This document shows, one piece after another, positions 1 through 7,681 of a stretch of 19,938 nt of DNA. Made by a program: the position numbers and the translations under genes. The DNA is from a virus (lineage: Duplodnaviria > Heunggongvirae > Uroviricota > Caudoviricetes). The notes beneath the pieces are model-generated. The model had not been told where the DNA came from and searched no databases. It worked only from the letters and a program-made list of their open reading frames with translations. Numbering within the stretch: the stretch's first letter is position 1; every line of letters begins with the position of its first letter. The stretch lies in the IMG/VR virus record IMGVR_UViG_2737471861_000023. One strand, written 5' to 3'.

Positions 1-411
1 ATGGCTCAGGTTGCCCTTTTTAAAGAAATATTTGATCAAGTGCGGAAAGATTTAAACTGTGACCGATTTTACTCTGAACTAAAACGTCACAATGTCTCAC
101 ATTACATTTACTATTTAGCCACAGGTAATATTCACGTTGTATTGAAAAATGATAACGCAGTGTTAATAAAAGGACTTGAGGAGGTTGTGAATGTTAAATT
201 TCGCAGAGACACGCGACTTATAGAAACTTACTCTCATAAGTTGAAATCAAGAGAAATCACATTTCATGAATACAGGGAAAATCTGGCTAAGGCTGGAGTT
301 TTCCGATGGGTTACAAATGTCCATGAACACAAAAGGTATTACTATACCTTTGACAACTCATTATTGTTTACCGAAAGCATTCAGAACACGACACAATTTT
401 TTCCACGCTAA
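1..411 (+). CDS. DUF1398-family prophage protein (YdfO/YbcV-like), 136 aa
   Basis: ORF 1..411 with ATG at window position 1; size and sequence recalled as resembling the Qin/DLP12 YdfO/YbcV family; sits next to bor as in those prophages. Confidence 0.55.
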   Translation: MAQVALFKEIFDQVRKDLNCDRFYSELKRHNVSHYIYYLATGNIHVVLKNDNAVLIKGLEEVVNVKFRRDTRLIETYSHKLKSREITFHEYRENLAKAGVFRWVTNVHEHKRYYYTFDNSLLFTESIQNTTQFFPR

Positions 412-635
412 ACCATATCGCCCGGTTTAATCCCCCTCACTATCCGGCACTCCCACACAGGAGTTACCAGTCGGTACTGAGGACATAGTTAATCCGGGAA
501 TACAATGAAAATACAGCACATCTGGCATACTTTAATAAACATTAAAAATATGAGATTTCAACTCATTGTTTAGGTTTTGTTTAAATTTCTACAAATACGA
601 TTCAACAACCTTAAAAACACAACGGGAATAACACT

Positions 636-929
636 ATGAAAAAAACGCTACTCACTTTCACGCTGGCCCTGCTTATCTCTGGATGTGCTCAACAGACGTT
701 TACTGTTGAAAACCAACCGACAACAGTAACACCGAAGGAAACCATCACTCATCATTTCTTCGTTTCTGGAATTGGTCAGAAGAAAACTGTCGATGCAGCC
801 AAAATTTGTGGTGGCGCAGAAAAAGTTGTTAAGACTGAAACCCAGCAAACATTCGTAAATGGATTGCTCGGTTTTATCACTTTCGGCATTTATACTCCGC
901 TGGAAGCTCGGGTATATTGCTCACAATAA
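636..929 (+). CDS. bor: Bor outer-membrane lipoprotein (serum resistance), 97 aa
   Basis: Translation MKKTLLTFTLALLISGC...EARVYCSQ is nearly identical to phage lambda Bor as I recall it; lipobox LISGC; same length. Confidence 0.9.
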   Translation: MKKTLLTFTLALLISGCAQQTFTVENQPTTVTPKETITHHFFVSGIGQKKTVDAAKICGGAEKVVKTETQQTFVNGLLGFITFGIYTPLEARVYCSQ

Positions 930-936
930 TATCATA

Positions 937-960
937 AGTTGCCCATCTCGATGGGCAACT
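937..960 (+). terminator. Perfect 10-bp stem hairpin (AGTTGCCCAT-ctcg-ATGGGCAACT) just after the bor stop; no U-tract
   Basis: Inverted repeat read directly from sequence; lack of a T-run makes an intrinsic-terminator role uncertain. Confidence 0.3.
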
Positions 961-1246
961 CTATCTGCACTTGATGCGCAAATAACAACCTCCAAAAGAA
1001 AAATAGCAAAAGCAGACCGTGTCACATAAAGACGTGCAGTTACTTTCTTTTCTATTCCTTTCATAACGGACGGCTTTAAAAGAAGATTTATACGATCTGC
1101 CGAGGATTTTTCTCTGTACTCACTGATTCATATTCTCCTCTTTGTTTGGTATAAAAACCGAACTCTTTCTCCAGTCGTTTTTCTTGTTCGGTAAGTCTAA
1201 TAACAAGCTAACCGCAGGTTGGATTTACTGGCCTCATTAATGCCAA

Positions 1247-1792
1247 CTACACCACCACGCGCTCTTTCATCCAGCCATACACGAACGATTCATTAGCCTC
1301 ACGTTTTTCTGCCAGTTCAAGGTAGCGATCTCCCTGCGTACAGTTTAGCGCTGTCAGAATCACCAACTCACCATCCCTGCCACGTTTTGACAAATAGGCG
1401 CGTAACGCATTAATGGTACGTGGGCCGATACAACCATCTGCATCAATGTCCGGATACAACTCTCCTTTCTGGTTAAATACATTAAGCCAGCGCTGAAGCA
1501 TTCTGGATGCCACTGACGGCCCCATGTTTACGCCGGTATCACACAATTCAGCAGCGATCTCCGGAGACAGGCTCGCAACCTTGTGAAAACGTGGCCCGTA
1601 CCAGTAGTCCGCTTCAAGAATTTCGAGGGCCTGCCCACGCGTCAGGTCACGAATATCCCCCTGATAACCGTGTGCACGGGCAACTTTTCCAGTAATGCCC
1701 CATTTAGTCGGACCACCTTTATCATCAGGGTGGTTGACGTAGCCGCCCTCTTTGCCAAGAACAGCATCAAAAATTTCATCTTTCGACTTCAT
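1247..1792 (-). CDS. Phage endolysin, GH108-type N-terminal domain with peptidoglycan-binding C-terminal domain, 181 aa
   Basis: Start taken at internal ATG (MKSKDEIFDAVLGKEGGYVNHPDDKGGPTKWGIT...), the N-terminus recalled for GH108 lysozymes; the GTG-extended track ORF (to 1840) overlaps the upstream gene and is rejected. Confidence 0.8.
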   Translation of the reverse strand: MKSKDEIFDAVLGKEGGYVNHPDDKGGPTKWGITGKVARAHGYQGDIRDLTRGQALEILEADYWYGPRFHKVASLSPEIAAELCDTGVNMGPSVASRMLQRWLNVFNQKGELYPDIDADGCIGPRTINALRAYLSKRGRDGELVILTALNCTQGDRYLELAEKREANESFVYGWMKERVVV

Positions 1793-1793
1793 C

Positions 1794-2072
1794 TCAGCGC
1801 CTTCGTAATACAAAGATTTTTGAAACGTTCCCACGAGCACGAACCACCAGCACGCAGAACAGCAGGTTAAAAAACACTTCCAGCCAGCCCGTTGCTAACG
1901 GGCGACCACACAGATAGCTGAGGGGCGCAAAGGCATACAGCAGCATCAGCAACCAGGCCAGCCATGACATCAGCGGTTTATGTCTGGAATCACGACGACG
2001 ATAAAAAAAGAGCGTCAGCACGATAACCGTGCATAACGCCACATTCAGCAATCCGGGAAGGTTACTTAACAT
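1794..2072 (-). CDS. Small hydrophobic membrane protein inside the lysis cassette, 92 aa (function unknown; possible lysis accessory)
   Basis: ATG at 2072 preceded by GGAGGAGG Shine-Dalgarno; overlaps the holin stop by 11 nt and ends 1 nt before the endolysin ATG (translational coupling); hydrophobic segments. Confidence 0.5.
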   Translation of the reverse strand: MLSNLPGLLNVALCTVIVLTLFFYRRRDSRHKPLMSWLAWLLMLLYAFAPLSYLCGRPLATGWLEVFFNLLFCVLVVRARGNVSKIFVLRRR

Positions 2073-2454
2073 TGCCGCCTCCTCCACCCCGCAGGCGGGA
2101 GAACAGGCCGGACACCAGCGATGCAATATCCTGCTGGTGGATGAACGAGAGAATCTTCACCGACACCACCGCCACCAGCACCGCACACAGTGCATCCGCC
2201 GATGTACCGTCATAACCTGTTTTTGATGCAATCCAGGCTGACAGCACATGCGCACCCAGCACGCCAACGATAAACGACACCAGAAAATGCGCTGCCACAC
2301 GCCAGGCAGATAGTGCCTGCGGCATTGTGGCCACAAACAGCGCCCCGGCAAATGCGCCAAACACAATCCCGAAATCCGTTCCGGTAAACAGCCCGAATAC
2401 CGTCGCCCCGCCGAGCGCCGCAGCCGTGCCGGAACCGGATAAGGGTTCAGACAT
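2062..2454 (-). CDS. Putative holin, 130 aa, multi-TMD, Gly/Ala-rich
   Basis: ATG at 2454 with AGGAGA SD; three hydrophobic segments; position immediately upstream of endolysin; family not identified. Confidence 0.6.
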   Translation of the reverse strand: MSEPLSGSGTAAALGGATVFGLFTGTDFGIVFGAFAGALFVATMPQALSAWRVAAHFLVSFIVGVLGAHVLSAWIASKTGYDGTSADALCAVLVAVVSVKILSFIHQQDIASLVSGLFSRLRGGGGGNVK

Positions 2455-2470
2455 ACTTTTTCTCCTGTAA

Positions 2471-2500
2471 ATAAAAAAGGGCCACTGTCGGCCCGTAAAA
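2471..2500 (-). terminator. Intrinsic terminator (GGGCC-gacagt-GGCCC then T6 on the minus strand) directly abutting the holin SD; tR'-like position
   Basis: Hairpin 2479..2494 with A-run 2473..2478 on plus (U-tract on minus), read from sequence. Confidence 0.55.
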
Positions 2501-2584
2501 AAACAACACCCCGTCAAAGGCACCCGCAGATACCTTTTGTGTGGTGTTATCTGATGTGATGTACGCCGGACGTGGCGCGGATAT

Positions 2585-2608
2585 AAAAAAGGCCCGCCGC
2601 AGCGAGCC
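2585..2608 (-). terminator. Intrinsic terminator downstream of the AraC-family gene (7-bp GC stem with one G-U pair, then T6 on minus)
   Basis: Minus-strand sequence GGCTCGC-tgc-GCGGGCC followed by TTTTTT, read from sequence. Confidence 0.55.
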
Positions 2609-2633
2609 TGTTTTCAATGAGTGCAAAATTCAA

Positions 2634-3377
2634 TTATTCTTGAGTAACACTTAAACTCATCTCATTGAATGCAGCCATCCTGTAACCTGCCGGTGTAACA
2701 CCAAAATAACTCCTGAATACGCTGATAAAATAAGATGTAAAATTATAGCCACACTGAGCAGCGATTCTGTTGATGGCGCAACGAGATTGATTCAACAGCA
2801 TTGCTGCCATTCTCATTCTCTCTGTAAGCAACAACTCACTGAAACAGGTGCCTTCTTCTTTCAGTCTTTTTTTTAACAAACTTTCACTGATACATAACCG
2901 CGAAGACACATCTCTCAGAGTCCAGTTTGCTGCAATGTCCGTACGAAACAATGCACTAAGCCTGTCACTAATATTGCCAATACACGCGGTCAGAAACGAC
3001 GAAAACATTTTCTCTGATGAGAAAAACGCCAGACACGAAAAGGAAAGCATTTCCGCTAAATTGTCCGTATGAATCTTTTCCTCACAAAGATAATCAATCA
3101 GGATGCCCATCAATTCTGCCTTGGGAAAACTCACGCAAAGATATCGTGGTATTTGCCGGACTAAAACTACATCCTGTTTTTCGTCTCCACACAACAGGTA
3201 ACGGATAATTGTCGATTCACTGAGACTTATTCGCCGAAAACATTCCGAAAAGGGCAATAACGATCCAGCTCCCCCCCTGACAAGAAGTGCACTACCACTT
3301 TCCAGAGAGAGCTCTTTTCCTTCAAAGAGCACAACAAACGGGGAATGAACAAAAACAACAGAACAAGCTTCATTCAT
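2634..3377 (-). CDS. AraC/XylS-family transcriptional regulator, 247 aa (AppY/EnvY/PatE-like prophage regulator)
   Basis: C-terminal double HTH signature (...LLKKRLKEEGTCFSELLLTERMRMAAMLLNQSRCAINRIAAQCGYNFTSYFISVFRSYFGVTPAGY); start set at MNEACSVVF by analogy to AppY (MDYVCSVVF) as recalled. Confidence 0.85.
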   Translation of the reverse strand: MNEACSVVFVHSPFVVLFEGKELSLESGSALLVRGGAGSLLPFSECFRRISLSESTIIRYLLCGDEKQDVVLVRQIPRYLCVSFPKAELMGILIDYLCEEKIHTDNLAEMLSFSCLAFFSSEKMFSSFLTACIGNISDRLSALFRTDIAANWTLRDVSSRLCISESLLKKRLKEEGTCFSELLLTERMRMAAMLLNQSRCAINRIAAQCGYNFTSYFISVFRSYFGVTPAGYRMAAFNEMSLSVTQE

Positions 3378-3497
3378 ATCAATTGCCCTGACATTACTGG
3401 TCACAAGATAAGTATATATCGATTTACAAAAATACAAGCCGAAAGACCAGTATTCGCAACCACCAGCGCGTTTAACGTCCTGTACCGTTTTTCAGGC

Positions 3498-3524
3498 ATA
3501 AAAAACCCGCTCAGTGGCGGGTTT
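3498..3524 (-). terminator. Intrinsic terminator downstream of the ORF6N gene (CCCGC-loop-GCGGG then T6 on minus)
   Basis: Hairpin 3506..3521 with A-run 3500..3505 on plus strand, read from sequence. Confidence 0.5.
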
Positions 3525-3599
3525 AAGCTGTTTGGCGTAGTAACCACTCTTAACAGGATATTCAACTTTTTACGATCGTAAAGCGTTCGGGGAAAATTT

Positions 3600-4088
3600 T
3601 TAAAACCGTTCCAGAGTGCATACCATCGCATCGGCGGGTAGTTTTTCCGTGAAGTCGACCTGACCGTGTTTATCGAAGTGGATCAGTAATGCGCATCCAT
3701 CATTTTGGGTTGGGGTGTTTTGTGCTGCTGGTGGTTGTTTTTGGCTGAAATAACAGTCTTCCAGTTTTTCGAACACTTCCCACGCCTGATCGGTTTCCAG
3801 CATTTTGGCGTGACGGGCTGCTCCGCGTTCTGTCCAGAGGATGAGGTGCTTTGTACGCGGTGCAACTAAGTTACTTTGAGTAACCTTGTTCTTAAATTCC
3901 CGCAACTCAGCCCCTTCCAATTTGAAGTAGTGTTTCCCACAAACAAAACGCTCGGCATTGCGTGTATAGTTCACTTTGATGTTATTAGTTTCGGTGCCAT
4001 AAAGTTGTGCCAAAAGCTCGGTAGTAATGACAGGGATTTGGTTATGGGTGATCGGGGAAAGAGTTTCAACTGAGATTTGAATAGCCAT
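3600..4088 (-). CDS. ORF6N-domain protein, 162 aa (antirepressor-like N-terminal DNA-binding domain; function unknown)
   Basis: ATG at 4088 with AAGGA SD; N-terminal region fits the ORF6N pattern as recalled (FV..KHYF.LEG.EL..F ... LWTERGA.RHAKML..D.AWEVFE.LE..YF). Confidence 0.65.
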   Translation of the reverse strand: MAIQISVETLSPITHNQIPVITTELLAQLYGTETNNIKVNYTRNAERFVCGKHYFKLEGAELREFKNKVTQSNLVAPRTKHLILWTERGAARHAKMLETDQAWEVFEKLEDCYFSQKQPPAAQNTPTQNDGCALLIHFDKHGQVDFTEKLPADAMVCTLERF

Positions 4089-4269
4089 AGGATGATCCTT
4101 TTTCTATGTGAATCATCACCACTGCTGACGCCAATCAGTATGGTGGTGAACTGTGCAGGGTTGGCGTAACCGGGAAAAAGGAACCGGCGCGGATCGCTCC
4201 GCCCCCACACAGCCCACCATTGAGATGTGACAGTGCAAACGACAATAAAAAAGACGCTGGCGCGTGAGG

Positions 4270-4299
4270 AATATAGCCCCGGACAATGTGTCTGGTCAA
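4270..4299 (-). promoter_or_regulatory. Candidate late promoter (pR'-like) just downstream of Q: -35 TTGACC, 18-nt spacer, -10 TATATT on the minus strand
   Basis: Hexamers read from sequence (plus ggtcaa 4294..4299, aatata 4270..4275); followed by a short GC hairpin plus T6 at about 4245..4262. Confidence 0.35.
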
Positions 4300-4303
4300 G
4301 CTC

Positions 4304-4690
4304 CTACATGATTCGTTCTACGTATCTGTCCATCTCCAGTCGGATATCAAGCATCATCAACATGCCATCAATAACCCCTTCCGCTTTCTGCAGGCGCTTG
4401 CCAATACAGGTATCCGAACACCCATGCTTTCGTGCCAACCCCATAAAAGTCATTCCACCTACGTAATAATCCACCAACAAATCGTGCAAATCCTGATTTT
4501 TCTTGTTCAACCGGGCCATACAGCCACAAATTATCATTGCATCATCATCAGAACACTGAGGGCGTGATTTCACTTTCGGCGGGATTAATCCTTTAAAACC
4601 AGCAGCGATTGACGCCCATGACACATCTTCGTGATTGTTCGCAGCCCATGCTCCCCACCGCTCCATAACCTGCTGAATATCACGCACCAT
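4304..4690 (-). CDS. Late-gene antitermination protein Q (phage-82/QuuD-type), 128 aa
   Basis: Translation [34 protein letters not shown]... closely resembles DLP12 QuuD as recalled; start codon overlaps the rusA 3' end. Confidence 0.8.
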   Translation of the reverse strand: MVRDIQQVMERWGAWAANNHEDVSWASIAAGFKGLIPPKVKSRPQCSDDDAMIICGCMARLNKKNQDLHDLLVDYYVGGMTFMGLARKHGCSDTCIGKRLQKAEGVIDGMLMMLDIRLEMDRYVERIM

Positions 4691-5051
4691 CGTTATCACC
4701 TGTAATTTCGTAAATCTTCACGCCCAACCGCCCACCAGGAACAGGCAGTCCGCGCACAATATTGATTTCATCAAACTGCTCGTCGTCTATAAGTAGTCCG
4801 GCATGCGTCAGCGCATCCAGTGGTGCCTTCAGGATATTGTCCAGGTCGCGGCGGCGCTTATCCGGTGGCTCTGCAATAATTTTTATTGCCAGCCTTCCGG
4901 ACAGGTTTAATTTCAGTCGCTGCTGGCGAACAATAAGCGCCACATCACGGCGATAACGCTCACCGGCTTTTGATACAAAATATGTGCTGCCACGACGTCG
5001 CCAGTAGGTGTTCACCGTTGGCGGGTAAGGCAAAACAAATTCTATCCCCAT
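4680..5051 (-). CDS. rusA: Holliday-junction resolvase RusA, 123 aa
   Basis: RusA-family signature ([12 protein letters not shown]...[29 protein letters not shown]) recognised by recall; conserved position upstream of Q. Confidence 0.85.
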   Translation of the reverse strand: MGIEFVLPYPPTVNTYWRRRGSTYFVSKAGERYRRDVALIVRQQRLKLNLSGRLAIKIIAEPPDKRRRDLDNILKAPLDALTHAGLLIDDEQFDEINIVRGLPVPGGRLGVKIYEITGDNDGA

Positions 5052-5063
5052 CAGTAACCTCTT

Positions 5064-6113
5064 TTATCCGAGTACGCCTGTTGCAAAGGCGTGATCAAGA
5101 AAACGAAAAATTAAATCAACCTGAGAACCATGCTTTTCTTCGAATGCCTGCGGATCCGCATGAAGCTCGTTGTGATGCTCCCGACACAGCGGCAACGTAA
5201 AAATATCGTGGGCCTTTGTTCCCATCCCTCCCTGACCGTGACCAATCAGGTGATGGGGATCGTCGGCTGGCTTACCACAACACGCACACGGCTGTGTCTT
5301 CACCCAGCGTGTGTATTTCTCGTTAACCCAGCGGCGACGTTTAGGTCGTTTCATGAAAGATTCCGGAGACTCAGGATCAACGGCAATGCTGACCACCGTC
5401 TTTTCCTGTGGTGGGTTCTGTTGCTGGTGGGCGTGAGGCAACAGCGCAAAATTTTTTGTGCGCTGCTTCAGTATGCTGGTGGCTGTCTGTTCTCCCGGTA
5501 TGATGTCGCTCTCGCGGTAAAGCGAGCGGATTTTCTCCGCCGGTAATCCCAGTGAGCGGCGTAATACAGCCTCCGGTAGTGCGTCCGCTACCTGATTGCA
5601 GACCGCCCACCAGGATAATTCAGCCAGAGATAATTCACGCTCCTGCGTACCGCTTATTGCGTGACCGATGACGTCAATCATCCATGCTGACAGGTTTTGA
5701 TGAGCAAGTTGCTCGAGTGATTCGGATGTCTGGTCACGCAGCTGGTTGTCGCAGTGCCAGCACAACACCATTGCGCCGGTACCATAACGGTGAATGACGG
5801 TTTCACTGTGGTGATAATCGCCGTGTGGCCACTGGCAGGATTTAACATGGCGCAGTAACCAGTCAGACAATGCGCCAGCGCCACCAGCAGCACGAATCAC
5901 TCGTTCGTCGCTGAAAAATGGCAGTAATGATTTATCCTCCGCCAGCGGCTGGCGAACGGCAGGAACGACCCCGGACGGCAGATTACGCATGCTTTTCGGT
6001 TCCGGCTCCACCAGTACCCGGGTATTGTGGAATACCGGCATGGATTCACGGCCCGGCTTAACGATCACCAGCCCGAGTTCCGGTACCAGAACAGGTCGAA
6101 GTAATACCCGCAC
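5064..6113 (-). CDS. DUF968-family prophage protein (YdfU-like), 349 aa, GTG start
   Basis: Length and N-terminus (MRVLLRPVLVPELG...) match my recollection of Qin YdfU; Cys/His-rich C-terminal motif (CACCGKPADDPHHL...CREHHNELH); GGAGG SD 5 nt before the GTG. Confidence 0.7.
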   Translation of the reverse strand: MRVLLRPVLVPELGLVIVKPGRESMPVFHNTRVLVEPEPKSMRNLPSGVVPAVRQPLAEDKSLLPFFSDERVIRAAGGAGALSDWLLRHVKSCQWPHGDYHHSETVIHRYGTGAMVLCWHCDNQLRDQTSESLEQLAHQNLSAWMIDVIGHAISGTQERELSLAELSWWAVCNQVADALPEAVLRRSLGLPAEKIRSLYRESDIIPGEQTATSILKQRTKNFALLPHAHQQQNPPQEKTVVSIAVDPESPESFMKRPKRRRWVNEKYTRWVKTQPCACCGKPADDPHHLIGHGQGGMGTKAHDIFTLPLCREHHNELHADPQAFEEKHGSQVDLIFRFLDHAFATGVLG

Positions 6114-6114
6114 G

Positions 6115-6393
6115 TTACCTCCAGATGCGTTGCTGGAATGTGCGGGACGGACGCGGTGGGCGTTCGGAATAAGGGAGTCTGACGTAGATTATCCAGTGAC
6201 GATAATCGAGGCTGAGGGCTTTCTTAATCTCGTATCCGTGTCTGCGGTAGCACTGAATTAGCCACTCGGCCTGTTCTTCAGTGCATGGGTCATGCTGGAA
6301 CCAGTCAGATTTGAAAGTGCGGGAACGCCGCCCGTGCCTGCTGGCAAAGACGGCAGAATCATAAGAATTGTGTAATTTGGTATCGTGCGCCAT
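6115..6393 (-). CDS. Hypothetical nin-region protein, 92 aa (Rem/YbcO-like position)
   Basis: ORF with internal ATG at 6393 and a weak SD; stop lies 1 nt before the ydfU-like GTG; no family recognised. Confidence 0.4.
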   Translation of the reverse strand: MAHDTKLHNSYDSAVFASRHGRRSRTFKSDWFQHDPCTEEQAEWLIQCYRRHGYEIKKALSLDYRHWIIYVRLPYSERPPRPSRTFQQRIWR

Positions 6394-6464
6394 CGGTTGT
6401 CTCTGCTGGCGCAGCAGGTGCCAGTTGTTCAGGCTGGCGTGCGAATTGTAAACCAGAATGCCAG

Positions 6465-6490
6465 GAAAAAACAAAACCCGCCGAAGCGGG
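6465..6490 (-). terminator. Intrinsic terminator (CCCGC-ttcg-GCGGG then TTTTGTTTTTT on minus) between the lipoprotein gene and the nin-region genes
   Basis: Hairpin 6477..6490 plus flanking A-run on plus strand, read from sequence. Confidence 0.55.
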
Positions 6491-6688
6491 TATGCTAAAA
6501 CAAACTGAAAGTAATATACCGGACTTGTAAAGGAACGATAGAATAATTATTGGATTAAACCCTGACTCAATCCAGATTTCATAGGCAACAACTACGGACT
6601 AATCATCACAGTCATGTTTGATAGGCTTAGTCCACATTGGGTGAGGGTTTACGGCGTTTTCACTAATAATTTATCGCCAAGCTATACA

Positions 6689-7081
6689 CTACTGCCCTGT
6701 TTTAACGAAATTTTTAAAGGAAACAACTGCCTGATAGGGGTTTGGTTGACAGCCAAACATATTATCGCAAAAAGGCTTGATGAAAATTCTTGAGGATCCA
6801 TCTTCATTTGGCATTTTACTCACTTGATAAGCGAGGAATGGACTATTTGGAGAGGGATTATAAGTGGAAATTAGCGTGTCTGTCGCCGTTTGAATTTTCC
6901 ATGAGGAATTATTAGCCAACCAGAATTGCGCTCGTTTCCAATAAAAGTCACATTGCTTTTCATCATTACATGTTAGTGGCTTCATTGCTTCTGCTTTCAA
7001 CGCTGGATCGACCTTTGCTGCACACCCTCCCAACATTACTGTTGCAATCATTACACCTGCGACTAAAACAAGTTTCTTCAT
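6689..7081 (-). CDS. Predicted lipoprotein, 130 aa, function unknown (moron)
   Basis: Signal peptide with lipobox MLGGC; AT-rich by eye; own downstream terminator. Confidence 0.7.
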   Translation of the reverse strand: MKKLVLVAGVMIATVMLGGCAAKVDPALKAEAMKPLTCNDEKQCDFYWKRAQFWLANNSSWKIQTATDTLISTYNPSPNSPFLAYQVSKMPNEDGSSRIFIKPFCDNMFGCQPNPYQAVVSFKNFVKTGQ

Positions 7082-7224
7082 CTCCCTGCCCCATCAATAA
7101 AAGTTCGGTTCTCTAATAACTAGAGTTAATCAACGGAAAAAACGCCGAAGCGGGTTAAGTGCGGGTGCGTTGAGGATGCCTGACACATCAGAGGTGGCGA
7201 GGGATTTCTCCCCCGCCAGGTCTC

Positions 7225-7380
7225 TTACTCCTCAGGTTCGTAAGCTGTGAAGACAGCGACCTCCGTCTGGCCGGTTCGGATTCGTACCTCGCAGAGGTCT
7301 TTCCTCGTTACCAGTGCCGTCACAATGACGGTTAAACAGATGACGATCAGGGCGATTAACATCGCCTTTTGCTGCTTCAT
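7225..7380 (-). CDS. hokD: Hok-family type I toxin, 51 aa (HokD/RelF-like)
   Basis: Translation MKQQKAMLIALIVICLTVIVTALVTRKDLCEVRIRTGQTEVAVFTAYEPEE matches HokD/RelF as recalled. Confidence 0.9.
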   Translation of the reverse strand: MKQQKAMLIALIVICLTVIVTALVTRKDLCEVRIRTGQTEVAVFTAYEPEE

Positions 7381-7560
7381 AGCCTGCTTCTCCTTGCCTT
7401 TCGGCACGTAAGAGGCTAACCTAGATTTGCCGTTCATAGATTGAGCCTCAGATTAATGTTAAGCGTCTTGCAGGACGCGTAATGTTAACTGGGGCTTTTC
7501 TCTATCTGCCTTTGGTGTTCATGCCTGAGGCAGATAGCCTCAATCACCCGCAGCAATTCT
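7381..7560 (-). promoter_or_regulatory. hok mRNA leader: in-frame 19-codon upstream extension (mok-like, ATG at 7437 with GAGG SD), 9-bp inverted repeat 7502..7510/7529..7537; Sok antisense not confidently placed
   Basis: ORF track 7225..7437 is in frame with hok; inverted repeat read from sequence. Confidence 0.4.
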
Positions 7561-7591
7561 ACTTAACTCACGTCACCTCGCCAATATAAAA

Positions 7592-7681
7592 TCAATCAGA
7601 AAGGCGATCCGTAAGAACAACAGCAAGACAATAAATTGCCATTACAGCCGCAATAGCTAGCGCATATTTGAGAACCAGCAC
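7592..7681 (-). CDS. Candidate small hydrophobic peptide, 29 aa (MLVLKYALAIAAVMAIYCLAVVLTDRLSD), GTG start
   Basis: Perfect AGGAGG SD with 5-nt spacer before GTG; single predicted TM helix with charged C-terminus; absent from the 60-aa-minimum ORF track; overlaps the track ORF 7596..7820 in another frame. Confidence 0.35.
   Translation of the reverse strand: MLVLKYALAIAAVMAIYCLAVVLTDRLSD

Noticed and set aside
930-1246. Possible Rz/Rz1 spanin genes between the endolysin and bor
   Set aside because: Hand translation of the minus strand found only very short frames (for example ATG at 1227 gives 9 codons; the GAGGAGAA-preceded ATG near 1131 gives 3 codons; the ATG near 1064 gives about 46 codons without an SD); nothing supportable as a spanin
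1793-1840. GTG-initiated N-terminal extension of the endolysin ORF (track 1247..1840)
   Set aside because: Extension overlaps the 3' end of the upstream membrane-protein gene in another frame; the internal ATG at 1792 gives the MKSKDEIF N-terminus typical of this endolysin family
2029-2366. Track ORFs 2029..2226 (+) and 2157..2366 (-) overlapping the holin gene
   Set aside because: Alternative-frame or antisense ORFs inside a gene with a good SD and membrane-protein character; no independent support
5130-5893. Track ORFs 5130..5546 (+), 5377..5610 (-) and 5678..5893 (-) inside the ydfU-like gene
   Set aside because: Antisense or out-of-frame ORFs within a GC-rich coding region; ordinary statistical ORFs
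7438-7600. relB/relE genes expected upstream of hokD by analogy to K-12
   Set aside because: No ORF in the 7438..7944 interval resembles RelE or RelB; hok here appears to stand alone
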